Positions 51,770-63,507 are shown, counted from the first letter of the stretch. The stretch is 64,000 nt of DNA from Paraphysomonas bandaiensis (GCA_965644295.1 CBFFRP010000296.1:186001-250000), one strand, 5' to 3'. Translations and numbers: made by a program. Notes: generated by a model not told the origin, from the letters alone.

Positions 51770-54700
51770 ATGGGTGGAGGGGTATCTTTAGTGGAGTCTC
51801 CCGATATAACAAGCGAAAGAGATGATGGTTATCATCCCACAACAGCCTTCCGAGGAGGGAAACTCCTAGGCGATGAGAACCAACGCAGGAGACTCATCAT
51901 AGATGACGGGAATATGGATGTATATGATAGTGATGATAGCGGATCAAAGATCGAATCGATCGACTTAGAGAGTAATTTGGATATATTTCATGAGAAGACG
52001 AACGAGTCTTATACTGTCACTATTCGCACGACAGACTTCACGATATGGATAAAGTTTAAGGATGAAGCCTCTCAAGCGCAGTGGTCAGAAAAATTTCACA
52101 AAGAAATTGTAATTGCAAGATCAAAAATGGAGCAAGGGCATTCCCGTGGCCTTGACCGTCTCTTGGATATGATGAAGCCACTGAAACCAGATAATAGTAG
52201 CAACAATGATGTTCCACAGCGAGCAGAAGTAGATAATACTCGCAAAAAGATAATGGCATCGCATCAGAGTATGGTGAGTACGATACCTGCCCCCGCTATG
52301 AAAATTGTGATACTTGTTGTGGGCACCCGTGGCGATGTTCAACCGTTTGTGAATTTCGGTTTAGAGCTCAAATCTCGTGGGCATGATATTAGAATCGCAA
52401 CGCACGCTGAGTATAGAGGAGATGTTGTGCGAGAAGGATTGAAGTTTTATCCCTTGGCAGGTGTGTCTAGTTTCACGTTGTGAATGACAAATGTTGCCTA
52501 GGTATACCGTCATTTACACTTAGCGTTTTCGTGTGCAGGAGACCCAAGGAAACTGTCTGAGTATATGGTGAAAACCGCTGGCCGATTAATCCCAGATTTA
52601 CTTAATGAGGAAGAGCGTGCAGAACTTCCTGAAAAAATGCAAATGTTGCGAGATATATGCTTCTCAACCTGGCCCGCCTGTACGAAGCCTGATCCCGAGG
52701 ATGACAGTAAGGCAGAGTTTGTGGCTGAAGCAATTATATCCAATCCTGTCACGTATGGGCATATACATTGCGCTGAAGCCCTTGCCGTACCGCTGGTATC
52801 TTCTTTAACTTTTATGCTAACTTAGCTAACTCTAGCTCAGCATATTATGTTTCCACAGCCTTGGTACCCGACCAAAGCGTTTCCTCATCCGCTATCCAAC
52901 CTGGGGTTCGAAAATAAGTGGAGTTTAAAAAACCGTTTGAGTTATCGAATAGTGAACGAGTTTTTCTGGATTGGCCTGGGGTCTATCATAAATGAGTTCA
53001 GGAGAAAAGTGCTGCTGTTACCGGTTATACGGTCTGGTGAGGGCGGTGAATCTCTCTTGGTGGATTTAGATGTACCAATTTCCCACATGTGGTCTCCTTC
53101 ATTCGTTCCACGATGTGTAGATTGGCCTTCTCATGTGGATGTTGTCGGAGATTTCCTACGCTCAAGTAATTCCCCGACTGAGGAATACATGCCGGACACA
53201 AGGCTTCAGCAATTTTTACAGTCCTGTGGTGCAAATCGGCCTATATACATTGGGTTTGGAAGCATGGTTATATCTGACCCTCAAAAGTTAGTAGAAGTGA
53301 TAAAGGTAACCGTCGACGCAATTCTGTTTTGTTGTTGATACCGGGGATGAACGTTAGGGGGCCGCAGAAGACACAGGTTTCTCGGTTATCCTTCAGAGCG
53401 GGTATTGAGTTCTTGTTTTTATGGTCTGACTCTCAATTAGTGTGTCTTACAGGTGGACAAAGTATGCAGACGATTACGAGAAAATATCTGACCGAGTGAT
53501 GGTTGTTGGAGCGATGGTACAAATGCTGAGCTGAAAGTATTTTATGTTCTGTAACATTTTCTTTAGCCCCACAACTGGCTGTTTCAGCAGGTTTCGGCTA
53601 CCATCCACCATGGAGGGGCTGGAACAACATCTGCGGGCCTTCGAGCTGGAAATCCAGCTTTTATATGTCCGTTTTTTGGGGACCAACATTTCTGGGCAGA
53701 GATGGTTTATCGAGCTGGAGTCGGCCCAAGGGGTTGTCCTATAGGATCTCTGACGAAAGAAAAACTGGTGGAAGCATTCAAAGTTCTTGAGTCGCATGAA
53801 ACAAAGAAAAACGTAGCTGTATTGAGTCAGAAAATGAATGCTGAGAATGGTGTGCGAATTGGAGCTGAAAGTTTTTTCAGAAACCTTCCGTTGGAAGACA
53901 TGCTGTGCGAAGTCAGTCTGTTTCGTCATAGCAGTCGTATTGCAAGGGTGTACTGTCAGGATTGCGGTCTGAAGATGTGCTCTGAAGTTGATGCAGTTGT
54001 TCATCGCCCTCAGGGCGGGCGGTCAACTCATACCCGCATGCCATATCGGTGTGTTAAGTGGGGCGTGGATCCCCCCAGTGGACTTCTGGAAGGTTTAGAA
54101 CAAGGGGTAGGAGCAGCAATGTACGAATTCGCGGGAGGAATTTATGATCTTGTTGCCAAACCAATTGAGGGAGCACGGGAGGGTGGAGCTGTTGGAGCTG
54201 CTGTGGGTGTTGCCAAAGGCGTTGTAGGCTTAATCGCACGGCCCATCAAGGGAGGAGGGATAATGATTGACCGCATTTCTCAATCAGTAAGTGGAGATCA
54301 TATTCGTCGAAATAGGACTGTGGCGGAAACTGTTCAATCAGGAGTACGCGAGGTATTTTCATTTATCCCCGACAATGCACCGTCAAGTAGTCAAGCCGCA
54401 TTGGATGACACGCAGAATGTTCAGCAGCTGCCAGAGGATGCAGAGAGTCTTACACCTGAAGCTGCATCTATTGAAGAATCGTTCGTCAAAGCATCTCATT
54501 TTCGAAAATTTTGGATGACATTAGATTTATCTGGAGATAGATTTGTAAACTTGGAAGAGTTGAAGAAGTTTATGCCCGCAGAAGGTCTTGAATTCATCAT
54601 TATGGCTGCGGTGTACTAATATTTTACAGAGGCTGAAGCTCTCCTCCAAATGGCCGATTGTAATCATGATGGCGAACTAACGTTTGCTGAATTGGCTTCT

Positions 54701-54844
54701 AATGTACGTGTGCTAAGATTATGAAATCCACGACTGATGATAATATCTTTTCAGATTATTAGGTACGAAGAAAGCAAGAGCTCCAACGGATTTTCAAACT
54801 GTAATCCCTCTCAGGATGCAGTTGTTATCGACACATCGAAATAA
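51770..54844 (+). CDS. Sterol 3-beta-glucosyltransferase (UGT51/UGT80-like) with B-box-like, ATG_C-like and EF-hand C-terminal modules
   Basis: GTRGDVQPF, IISNPVTYGHIH, YIGFGSM, PHNWLF..HHGGAGTTSAG..PFFGDQ; seven introns; DLSGDRFVNLEEL and DCNHDGELTFAEL EF loops. Confidence 0.9.
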
Positions 54845-55161
54845 TGCATCTTTAGCGTGTTCAATTTTAATTCTATCTTAGCACATTTATAGCTGTCCTA
54901 AGTCCTATATTTAGAGTTGTGCGATTAGTAAATGTATTTTTTGGTACTGCACTAGCTAGAAGTTAGAAATATTTATAAGCATGTGTAGACTAGAAACCAT
55001 GCGAAAGAGATAGACGAAGTGTGTAATGAAAGTTATAGTATCATTTCTTTACAAATACAGAGACTCTATTCTATGTCTCCATAATATACTTATAGTGGAT
55101 AAATTTTACTAAGTTCAGTTGAGCTATACACTAAAGACTAAAGATATTCAAAATGATGGAT

Positions 55162-55468
55162 TATTAATTTACGCTTTTAGTTAGTGCAATATTGACTGAT
55201 TGATATTATAGGAGATATAGTAAGTTTATGATGTTGTAGCCCTGTGAGTTAGGAACCACGTCATTCACCAACATCAACATTCTGTTCTACAAATCATATC
55301 TTTAACAGCTACTATATTTTCAGTTTCTTTGTATACTTGTAATAGCTACTCCTATACTGTAGTCATGTATATTCTGTATTTCATTGCTACATAGAATACA
55401 GGATAACTACTAGCGATTGACTTTACCAAACTTCAAGTACGCACGTAGGAGTTGGTTGTAGTTCAATA
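55162..55468 (-). repeat. Copia 3' LTR
   Basis: Identical to 60034-60340; abuts the PPT. Confidence 0.95.
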
Positions 55469-55516
55469 CTCCCACTCAATGAACATATCAGAATATACTG
55501 TGATGAGCAAGTCTAC

Positions 55517-58500
55517 TTAGTGCGATACCATAGTGTGCACATGCTGATAGTGCAGCTTCTCGGACAAGGCTTTAGTCATCACGTCTGCTGTCATCTCTGC
55601 CGTTGGCACATGATTCAGCCTGACGATACAGCCTCCCACTTGCTCTCGAATCCAATGATACTTGATCCGAATATGCTTGGAACGTTTATGATTTACCGGG
55701 TTCTGAGCTAGATCAATCGCACTCTTGCTGTCCATATTCAAGATTGTTGGAGACGCATTCTTACTGAGCTCAAATCCACGAATTCCGAGCTCTGTCATCA
55801 CCCCTCGTATCCATACAATCTCCTGAATTGCAGCATATGCAGCCATATATTCAGCTTCCATAGTCGACGTAGCCACTGTTGGCTGCAGTCTGGACTGCCA
55901 TGCAATTGGAGCACCCCACAGATATACGATATACCCTGTAGTGGATCTGCATGTATCCAGATCTCCGGCCCAATCTGCATCAGAGTACACACATAGAGGG
56001 TCTTCATCTGTGAAATTAGGAAATATGATACCTTGATCAACTGTATTTTCTAAATACAATAAAGTATGCAGAGCAGCTTGACATGCAGCGTACGTGGGTC
56101 TTGTGGTGAACCGGGAGAGAAGATTTACTGTATATGCCATGTCTGGTCTAGTATGCACTGCCAAATACATTAAGGCACCAATAACAGATTGATAGGGAAA
56201 TGCATCAACGTATTCTCTCTGTTTTCGAGTTTCTTCCTCTTTTGCATCCTTGGACAACTTTAGGCCAGGTGGTAGAGGTGTGGTTGCCTTGCACCGTCTC
56301 TTCTTTTCTGACAACAAGTGATTGAATCTGGCCACAACATCTTTAGCATATGCAGACTGATGTAACTTAATCTGGCCATTATGACGCTCAATGGTAAGAC
56401 CTAAATAATGCTTAAGGTCCCCCATATCTTGCATGGCATATTGAGTCTTAAAGGCGCTGATGACTTCTTCAATATGACGGCTGTCAGAGCTGAGCACAAT
56501 GATATCATCTACATACACAAGTATCATATGTAGGTTATCATCAGTACCCTTGAGTACAAATAAACATGGGTCAAGAACACATTGTTTATACCCCATCGCC
56601 TTTATACTGTCCTTCAGCATTGAATGCCAATTTCGAGGCGCTTGTTTTAGGCCATACAAACTCTTCAGAATCTTCAAACAACAGCCTTGTGGAATATCTA
56701 TTCCTGCAGGTGGAGACATAAACACGTCTTCGTCCAGATCTGCATACGGAAATGCCGTTTCTACATCGAGTTGACGGAGTTGCAGATTGTATCGCAGAGC
56801 CAGTGCTAGTGCTAGCCTAAATGATACACCTTTAGCTACTGGGGAGAATGTCTCATTATAGTCGACTCCTTGTTCTTGAGTAAACCCTTTCGCCACAAGT
56901 CGAACTTTGAACTTCTTAATTTTTCCAAGATGGTCGCGCTTTACTTTAAAGACCAATTTAGATTTTATGATTTTTCGGTGTTTCGGCCTTCGGACAATCT
57001 TCCAGCATGTCCTTCGTTCAAGCTTGTGCACCTCCTTCCTGGTAGCTTCAATCCAGTATGTTCTCTGTGGAGTCTTCTTTGCTTCTGCCAGCGTCTGTGG
57101 CTCTTTAATTGTGCTGTTGGAGGAATCAAGAAACAATGAGACATCGCCGAGGACACCAACGTTAACAATGTGCCGTTTTTTTCGAGGTCGTTTTTCAGTT
57201 CTGGGATTTCGATCTGCCCCACCTGTTGAAGATGCGCCCCGATTTGAGCGGTCAGGAGTCCTCTGTTCATTGTCACTGTCATTACAAGTCTGATCCAACT
57301 CATTTCGCAAACTATTAAACTTGTCGGTCTGACACTTTGTAGAGTGAGTCATCTTTACTACATCTTTGATATGAATTGGAGTTTGCTCCTCGGTAGTATT
57401 TCCTTTCATATCTAATCTCCTATATGCAACAATGACTCCTCTTCTCTCTATCACTCTGGTGGTAACATAACACAGGTGTCCATCAAGATGTCTGAGGCCC
57501 ACCAGGTACTGATAGTCATTTACACTCTCTGCTGTTTCTGAGGTGTCGATTTGTAGATTATCTATTTCGTCGAAATACTCCTGTGAACGCTCTGGAATTG
57601 ACTCATCAAACTGTGCATTGACTGCAACAATAATAGCATTCAGGTCTGGAATATATATTTGGTGTCCAACAGGTTGTTGACATTGTCCCATATAGTATCC
57701 AGGTTTTCCCTTTTCTTTCCACTCTTTGCGGCGCTGCTCCTTCGGCACAATAGCCCATGCCTTGCAGCCCCAGATCTTCAAGTCACTCACATCTGGTGCG
57801 GTTCCAGTAATATACTCAAAAGGTGAGATGTATCCTTTCGTTGTCTTCGTAGGTAACCTGTTGATCAGATATACAGCATGCAAGACTGCTTTGAACCAAA
57901 ATACTGATGGCATGCCACTATCGAGCAATATAGCAAGGGCCATCTCCTTCACTGTACGATTAGTGCGTTCCGATAGCGAATTCATTTCGGGTGTGTCACG
58001 TGGAGTCCAAGTAACCTGTACAGTCCTTGTGCTGGTGGTTTCACGTAAGTACTGCCTGACATGTTGCCCTACTAGTTCTCCTGCGCCATCTGCATGATAT
58101 CGTCGTAGTTGCAATCCTTCTTTGACAAGTTGGGTCTCTACCATGTCCTTCATACACTTTAACACTTCACTCCCAGTCTTGTTTTTCAACCCATAAGCCC
58201 ATACATGTTTTGCATCACTGTGCTTGAATAGTAACACATGTTTGTAGCCTTCCATCGATGGCGTGTTTAGGACTTCCATCGTATCTGCACTGAGCACCCC
58301 TCTCTCCTTTGGGTTGTTGTCTAAGTTCATCAACTGGCGTGGAGTCCTGAAGTTCTTTCTCGTGAGTTTCGATCGCATGCAGGTATTACATTTGCATATC
58401 GTTTTTTTGTGTTTTTTTCTGAAATATTTCTTGTCCAGATTTATTCCATCAACTAGGCCTCGGCGGTCGGACTCAGTCAGTTTATCATAGTTGACATGGC

Positions 58501-60034
58501 CAAGTCTTTTGTGCCATAGAATTCGCTGGTCATCAAACCCCTGCTCCTCAAGTGCTGCTGAGGATTCTTCTCCAAGCTGAAGTAAGTCTTCGAGTCGAAC
58601 TGGATATAATCCATTAACACTTCTCTGTCTAGTGAGTGTCTTGTTCGTAGTCTTATTTCGAATGACGACTTCATCATTATCGAACGTCACAACACAACCC
58701 CTATCTGTGATGCTCTTCATATCTACGAGGTTCTTACTTGCTTCAGGTGCGTAGTACACCTTTTTAAAGCTTCCTACATCGCCAACACTGTGTATTGACA
58801 GTTTACCTTTGTTCGCTGTGGACATCTGCCTATCAGCGCGCTGAAGGTTGGTCATGTGGTTTTTGGAGGTAAGGATCATCTTGTTGCACCCGCTGTCTAA
58901 ATAAATAACATCTGACATGCTCTGTGCTAGATTCACCTCTTCTTCCACACATATCATCGATTCGTATCCCGCTTCATCTTCTGAATCATGTACAGACACT
59001 CGCGGTTTCTTCTTGTTCTTGTAGGGTGCCGTTTCCCTTCTAGAGTCTCGCCCCCGTTTAGAACTGACCACTGCAGCTTTAGCAGTCTTCAAGTGGAAGC
59101 AGTCTTTAGTCTGATGGCCTGGGATGTCACATATCTCACACACAGGTAGCTTTGTTTTGTTATCACCCCTGTTTCTGTGATCTCTATCTTTTCTCTGTGA
59201 TCTTGTCCCCTTCATCCTCTTTATGACATGCTCTGGAGTCTTGCACTCCCTAGCAAAGTGGCCAAGTTTCTTGCACTTATTGCATCTGCCCTTTCTCTTG
59301 TGCTCTTTCCATTTACTGTCATCCACTGCTTGATTGACACTGTCTTCCCCTGAATTTTGCAACGCATGCTTGCCGAATGATGTGTTTTCATACCCTTTGA
59401 TTAGGCTGCTTGCTCTTGCGTATGTCACATCGTTTGCTGTATACAGGCTGTGTGCTAGTTGGGAATATCTCTTGTCTGTGAGACCTTCCTTTAGTCGAGT
59501 GAGCTTGTCGTCTTCCGTGACTTCACGACCTAGATTCTCGAGAATCTTGGCCTGGGCTTCAACGCTGTCGACGAACTCTGCTCCTGACTGACTTGAGGTA
59601 ATCTTCATTGAATTGAACTTTGTGACCTCTGCCTGTACTGTATTCTTTTCAACGTTGAGAAATCTCTCTTCCAGTGCCTGTAGTAACCCTTTTGCTGTAC
59701 TTCCTTCGTAGAGAGCCGCTGTTGTGCCTGCTTTTGGGTGAGCATTGCACACTTCCATCAGGAAGGAGTACGCGGTCTCGTTCCGGGTGTTCCAGAGTTT
59801 CTTCGCTTTGCGTAGTCGCTTCTTCTGTGCATCAGTCATATGAGCTCCCGCTGGGACTGTAGAGTCTAGATCATGAATGTGCCTTGGTTTATCCTTTGAG
59901 AGGACAAGATGAGCTCGATTGTGTCTCATGAGGAATGAGGTGAAGAGCTTCTTGAATTTCTTGAAGTTCAGTTCCTCGAAGGGAGGTACCTTTGAGCCTG
60001 AGGCGACATTCGTGAAATTTCCATCCGCTGCCAT
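55517..60034 (-). CDS. Copia gag-pol polyprotein (1505 aa)
   Basis: Two CCHC knuckles, protease LDSG, integrase WHKRLGH..CNTC and DDE, RT LYGLKQAPRNW/YVDD, RNase H DADWAGD/EAEY/KHI; PR-IN-RT-RH order. Confidence 0.97.
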   Translation of the reverse strand: MAADGNFTNVASGSKVPPFEELNFKKFKKLFTSFLMRHNRAHLVLSKDKPRHIHDLDSTVPAGAHMTDAQKKRLRKAKKLWNTRNETAYSFLMEVCNAHPKAGTTAALYEGSTAKGLLQALEERFLNVEKNTVQAEVTKFNSMKITSSQSGAEFVDSVEAQAKILENLGREVTEDDKLTRLKEGLTDKRYSQLAHSLYTANDVTYARASSLIKGYENTSFGKHALQNSGEDSVNQAVDDSKWKEHKRKGRCNKCKKLGHFARECKTPEHVIKRMKGTRSQRKDRDHRNRGDNKTKLPVCEICDIPGHQTKDCFHLKTAKAAVVSSKRGRDSRRETAPYKNKKKPRVSVHDSEDEAGYESMICVEEEVNLAQSMSDVIYLDSGCNKMILTSKNHMTNLQRADRQMSTANKGKLSIHSVGDVGSFKKVYYAPEASKNLVDMKSITDRGCVVTFDNDEVVIRNKTTNKTLTRQRSVNGLYPVRLEDLLQLGEESSAALEEQGFDDQRILWHKRLGHVNYDKLTESDRRGLVDGINLDKKYFRKKHKKTICKCNTCMRSKLTRKNFRTPRQLMNLDNNPKERGVLSADTMEVLNTPSMEGYKHVLLFKHSDAKHVWAYGLKNKTGSEVLKCMKDMVETQLVKEGLQLRRYHADGAGELVGQHVRQYLRETTSTRTVQVTWTPRDTPEMNSLSERTNRTVKEMALAILLDSGMPSVFWFKAVLHAVYLINRLPTKTTKGYISPFEYITGTAPDVSDLKIWGCKAWAIVPKEQRRKEWKEKGKPGYYMGQCQQPVGHQIYIPDLNAIIVAVNAQFDESIPERSQEYFDEIDNLQIDTSETAESVNDYQYLVGLRHLDGHLCYVTTRVIERRGVIVAYRRLDMKGNTTEEQTPIHIKDVVKMTHSTKCQTDKFNSLRNELDQTCNDSDNEQRTPDRSNRGASSTGGADRNPRTEKRPRKKRHIVNVGVLGDVSLFLDSSNSTIKEPQTLAEAKKTPQRTYWIEATRKEVHKLERRTCWKIVRRPKHRKIIKSKLVFKVKRDHLGKIKKFKVRLVAKGFTQEQGVDYNETFSPVAKGVSFRLALALALRYNLQLRQLDVETAFPYADLDEDVFMSPPAGIDIPQGCCLKILKSLYGLKQAPRNWHSMLKDSIKAMGYKQCVLDPCLFVLKGTDDNLHMILVYVDDIIVLSSDSRHIEEVISAFKTQYAMQDMGDLKHYLGLTIERHNGQIKLHQSAYAKDVVARFNHLLSEKKRRCKATTPLPPGLKLSKDAKEEETRKQREYVDAFPYQSVIGALMYLAVHTRPDMAYTVNLLSRFTTRPTYAACQAALHTLLYLENTVDQGIIFPNFTDEDPLCVYSDADWAGDLDTCRSTTGYIVYLWGAPIAWQSRLQPTVATSTMEAEYMAAYAAIQEIVWIRGVMTELGIRGFELSKNASPTILNMDSKSAIDLAQNPVNHKRSKHIRIKYHWIREQVGGCIVRLNHVPTAEMTADVMTKALSEKLHYQHVHTMVSH

Positions 60035-60340
60035 ATTAATTTACGCTTTTAGTTAGTGCAATATTGACTGATTGATATTATAGGAGATATAGTAAGTTTA
60101 TGATGTTGTAGCCCTGTGAGTTAGGAACCACGTCATTCACCAACATCAACATTCTGTTCTACAAATCATATCTTTAACAGCTACTATATTTTCAGTTTCT
60201 TTGTATACTTGTAATAGCTACTCCTATACTGTAGTCATGTATATTCTGTATTTCATTGCTACATAGAATACAGGATAACTACTAGCGATTGACTTTACCA
60301 AACTTCAAGTACGCACGTAGGAGTTGGTTGTAGTTCAATA
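60034..60340 (-). repeat. Copia 5' LTR
   Basis: Identical to 55162-55468; abuts the PBS. Confidence 0.95.
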
Positions 60341-60417
60341 TGGATACAATACTTATTTTACTGATACATGCGTTAAAATATATACCAATCATATTGCTAT
60401 GCTCATTAGTAATTCAA

Positions 60418-62688
60418 TTACATGTTATCCCAACCACGACGCTTATCTTTATGTGAGTTTAAGGTTCGACTGGCCTTGCGCTTTAATTTATTTTTTGGAT
60501 TCTTCCGCGGAACGATTTCTTCATCAGGAATGCTCACAGATTCTACATCTGGGGTGTCATTAGACTCTTCAGCATCTCCGCTAACCCCTTCGTCTTCATC
60601 ACCATCATCGTCACCACTGTGTTCTTCAGCATCTCCACTGACCCCTTCGTCACCACTGTGTTCTTCGTTTGTGTCGACATCCTGAGTAAGACACATACCG
60701 AGTCAGCAACACAAGTATAAACCACAAAAAGCCCTCATACTTGTTACTGGCAACAGACATACATATACCAGTGTGAATAAAACATATGTGCGGCGATTAT
60801 ACTTCTCGATCCACATCGTCGTGAATGGACACCTGTATCACCGCAGGCAGGGAGGTGCTAGACTGACAGGCAAGCACGAAAGCAATGCACAGTCGATGCG
60901 TCGAAACAGCCTCGTACTACCTCAGATACTATTTGGCGTAGTCATGAGAGTAGTGGGGGAGCACTATCTCTCAATAGACATGTGCCTTTGTAATTACACA
61001 TTTACACATACCACATGCATCTTCCAAACACTTGTCGTCTCGATACAAAACAATACCCACCTCAATCTTATCTGTTTCTGTCATAGGAAGTTCCTCATCC
61101 TGCTCATCCTCACCATCATCCTGCTCATCACGAGGAGGTGGTACAAAGTACGGTAGCTTGCCCTGTAGCAAACAGTTAGTCGATGCATACCACATACGAA
61201 TAGGAATTCACATGTTGCATTAATGTGATACATACGTAAGCACTTACCCTTTGATAATCGTTAATGAGCTGAACTGCTAGGTTGTTAATATCAGGTTCTC
61301 CTCCTTTGAGTAGTTTACCCATTTTAAATGCGGCTTTAGCCAGTAGATCGTTACTGTCTTCCCAATCGGACACTCCAAGGTGTCGCTGCAAGTATTTGGG
61401 ATTGACGCGGCTAATGAGCTCGGGTATGTAATCTGTTGGCGATGTAAGTCGCTCTGCTCGCACGACTCCCTTCAACACAGTCTCTGCCTCGTCATCACCC
61501 GTATCGTACACCACACCCGGACAATCGATAAGAAATATTCGGCGAGTGAGGGTGATATACTGCCACACCTTAGTCTCACCAGGGATAGGGGCAGTCTTAC
61601 AACACTTCTTCGACATAAGGGCATTGATAACAGAACTTTTGCCAGTATTAGGGTACCCAATTATACCCACTGAAATCTGACGTTTGTCGGCATGAAGCTT
61701 CGAAAACTGTCTCAACAGACTGATGAGAGCACCTTTTCCGAACGCATTAGTTAAAGATGCGTGGAATGCTAAGGTAGGGAAGTCTTGGGAGAGAATCTTA
61801 ACCCATTTTCTGGTCACCCAAGCCGGAACTAAGTCACATTTATTGATCACAATTACCATCTGCTTGTGAGATGCATTCTTCTTGATATGGTTCTCAATAT
61901 GAAGACATCGGGTCCCAGGCACGTTACGTGCATCAACAATCTAAAAAATAGCATTACGGACTTTACATATCAATATGCACAGCCGACATATACCCCAGCC
62001 AGCATGTACTTACTTGTAGTACAACATCAGAACAATCAAGGACTTTGTATAACTCTGCCCAAATCCGCCTCGATTGACCTTTGGCAAACATATCTTCCTT
62101 ACGCATCTCACCACCCCTTGTGGCCTCCACCTCAATGTTAGAGTCTTTTGATGAGTTGGAAGCATATAAGTCGGAACGCGCTTCTGCATTTCTCAATAGT
62201 GCACTGTAGTCGTTCGAACCATCATCAAGTTTTGGCCGTTTACGCGTCTTCTTGCTACCAAACACGTCATCGAAAGATTCCGTTTCGAGGACATTGACTT
62301 TAGCCACTTTGGCAGAATCCTGAAGTAGTGCCATGGGAATCTTCCGGCGCCTAAGAACAACAGAATAGGGATCCGCCGCTTTAGTGGTCATCTCGTCTTT
62401 GAATTTGTCGAGCTCAGTTTGGGATATGGTTCTTGTGTTTCCGAACCATCTCCTATCGGGGGCTATTCTCGCATTACCAGTAATAGTCTTCCCTCCAGCT
62501 GTGTTATTCATCATCAAATGGCCGCCTACCAGTTCACCGGCCTTGTTTCTAATAGGCTTTCCTCCTTTATACATATTGAGCCTCTGGATAGTGGACTTAT
62601 CCCTCTGTCCACTCTTACTAGAGGCCCGATGAGGATTATTCGGATTATTGGATTTCTTCTTCATCTGTTTGACTGCTTTAGGAGGCAT
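60418..62688 (-). CDS. NOG2: Nucleolar GTP-binding protein 2 (NOG2/GNL2)
   Basis: NGP1NT ([27 protein letters not shown]), circularly permuted GTPase NKCD / GYPNTGKSS / PIPGETK / [14 protein letters not shown], acidic tail; three introns. Confidence 0.95.
60784..60990 (-). ncRNA. Candidate intron-encoded box H/ACA sno/scaRNA
   Basis: Inside the 379-bp NOG2 intron 60682-61060: 5' hairpin, H box AUAGUA, a structured spacer, 3' hairpin GCGGUGAU/AUCGCCGC, then ACA; pocket CAGGU + AGUAU. Confidence 0.55.
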
Positions 62689-62988
62689 GATGTTGAGGTG
62701 ACTTGATGAAAATGAATTCAGCTATTCAACTAATGGACTGTACGTGAGCTTGTCTCCTCTGGTGTGTAGCTCAGGGCGGAGTGGGAAGAAAGATGCATGT
62801 ATAACTAAGAAACGAAACATAATAAAAAGAAAATGAATGGCAGAGGGGCAGTCTGCTGCTCGTGACTTCGAAGTATGAGTGGTATGTGGAGTGTATATAT
62901 AATATATACGATCCAACCACGAGTGTGCCGTATGAATGGAAATGGTACGCCGCAGAGGGTACTCCAGTACTGCTGCAAGGTATATCGG

Positions 62989-63280
62989 TACATACATACA
63001 TACATACATACATACATACATACATACATACATACATACATACATACATACATACATACATACATACATACATACATACATACATACATACATACATACA
63101 TACATACATACATACATACATACATGCATACATACATACATACATACATACATACATACATACATACATACATACATACATACATACATACATACATACA
63201 TACATGCATACATACATACATACATACATACATACATACATACATACATACATACATACATACATACATACATACATACA

Positions 63281-63312
<32 letters not shown>

Positions 63313-63322
63313 CATACATATA
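62989..63322. repeat. (CATA)n microsatellite, ~330 bp
   Basis: Same unit as 11894-12840 in the opposite orientation. Confidence 0.99.
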
Positions 63323-63507
63323 CAGGTGTATCATATGATATGGCTTGGTTTCGATCCCAGAAGTAAACTAAGAGCGCATCTCATACTTTAAATCGCCGTA
63401 TTTTAGTCGGGTTATTTTTCCGTTCGAAGCGAACGAGTTCTCTGTGTTGCTGCTCCTCTGTCTTCCTACTGGTCTCTGTATGAATATCTTCATACTTTAA
63501 CAGTATT

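Larger units (their letters stand above)
55162..60340 (-). mobile_element. Full-length Ty1/Copia LTR retrotransposon
   Basis: 307-bp LTRs 55162-55468 and 60034-60340, identical by eye; perfect TSD TGGAT; PBS TGGCAGCGGATGG; PPT ATTGAGTGGGAG; intact polyprotein. Confidence 0.97.

Noticed and set aside
63340-63360. GGATCGAAACC (tRNA-iMet T-loop/B box) on the minus strand beside the microsatellite
   Set aside because: No A box, acceptor stem or cloverleaf.
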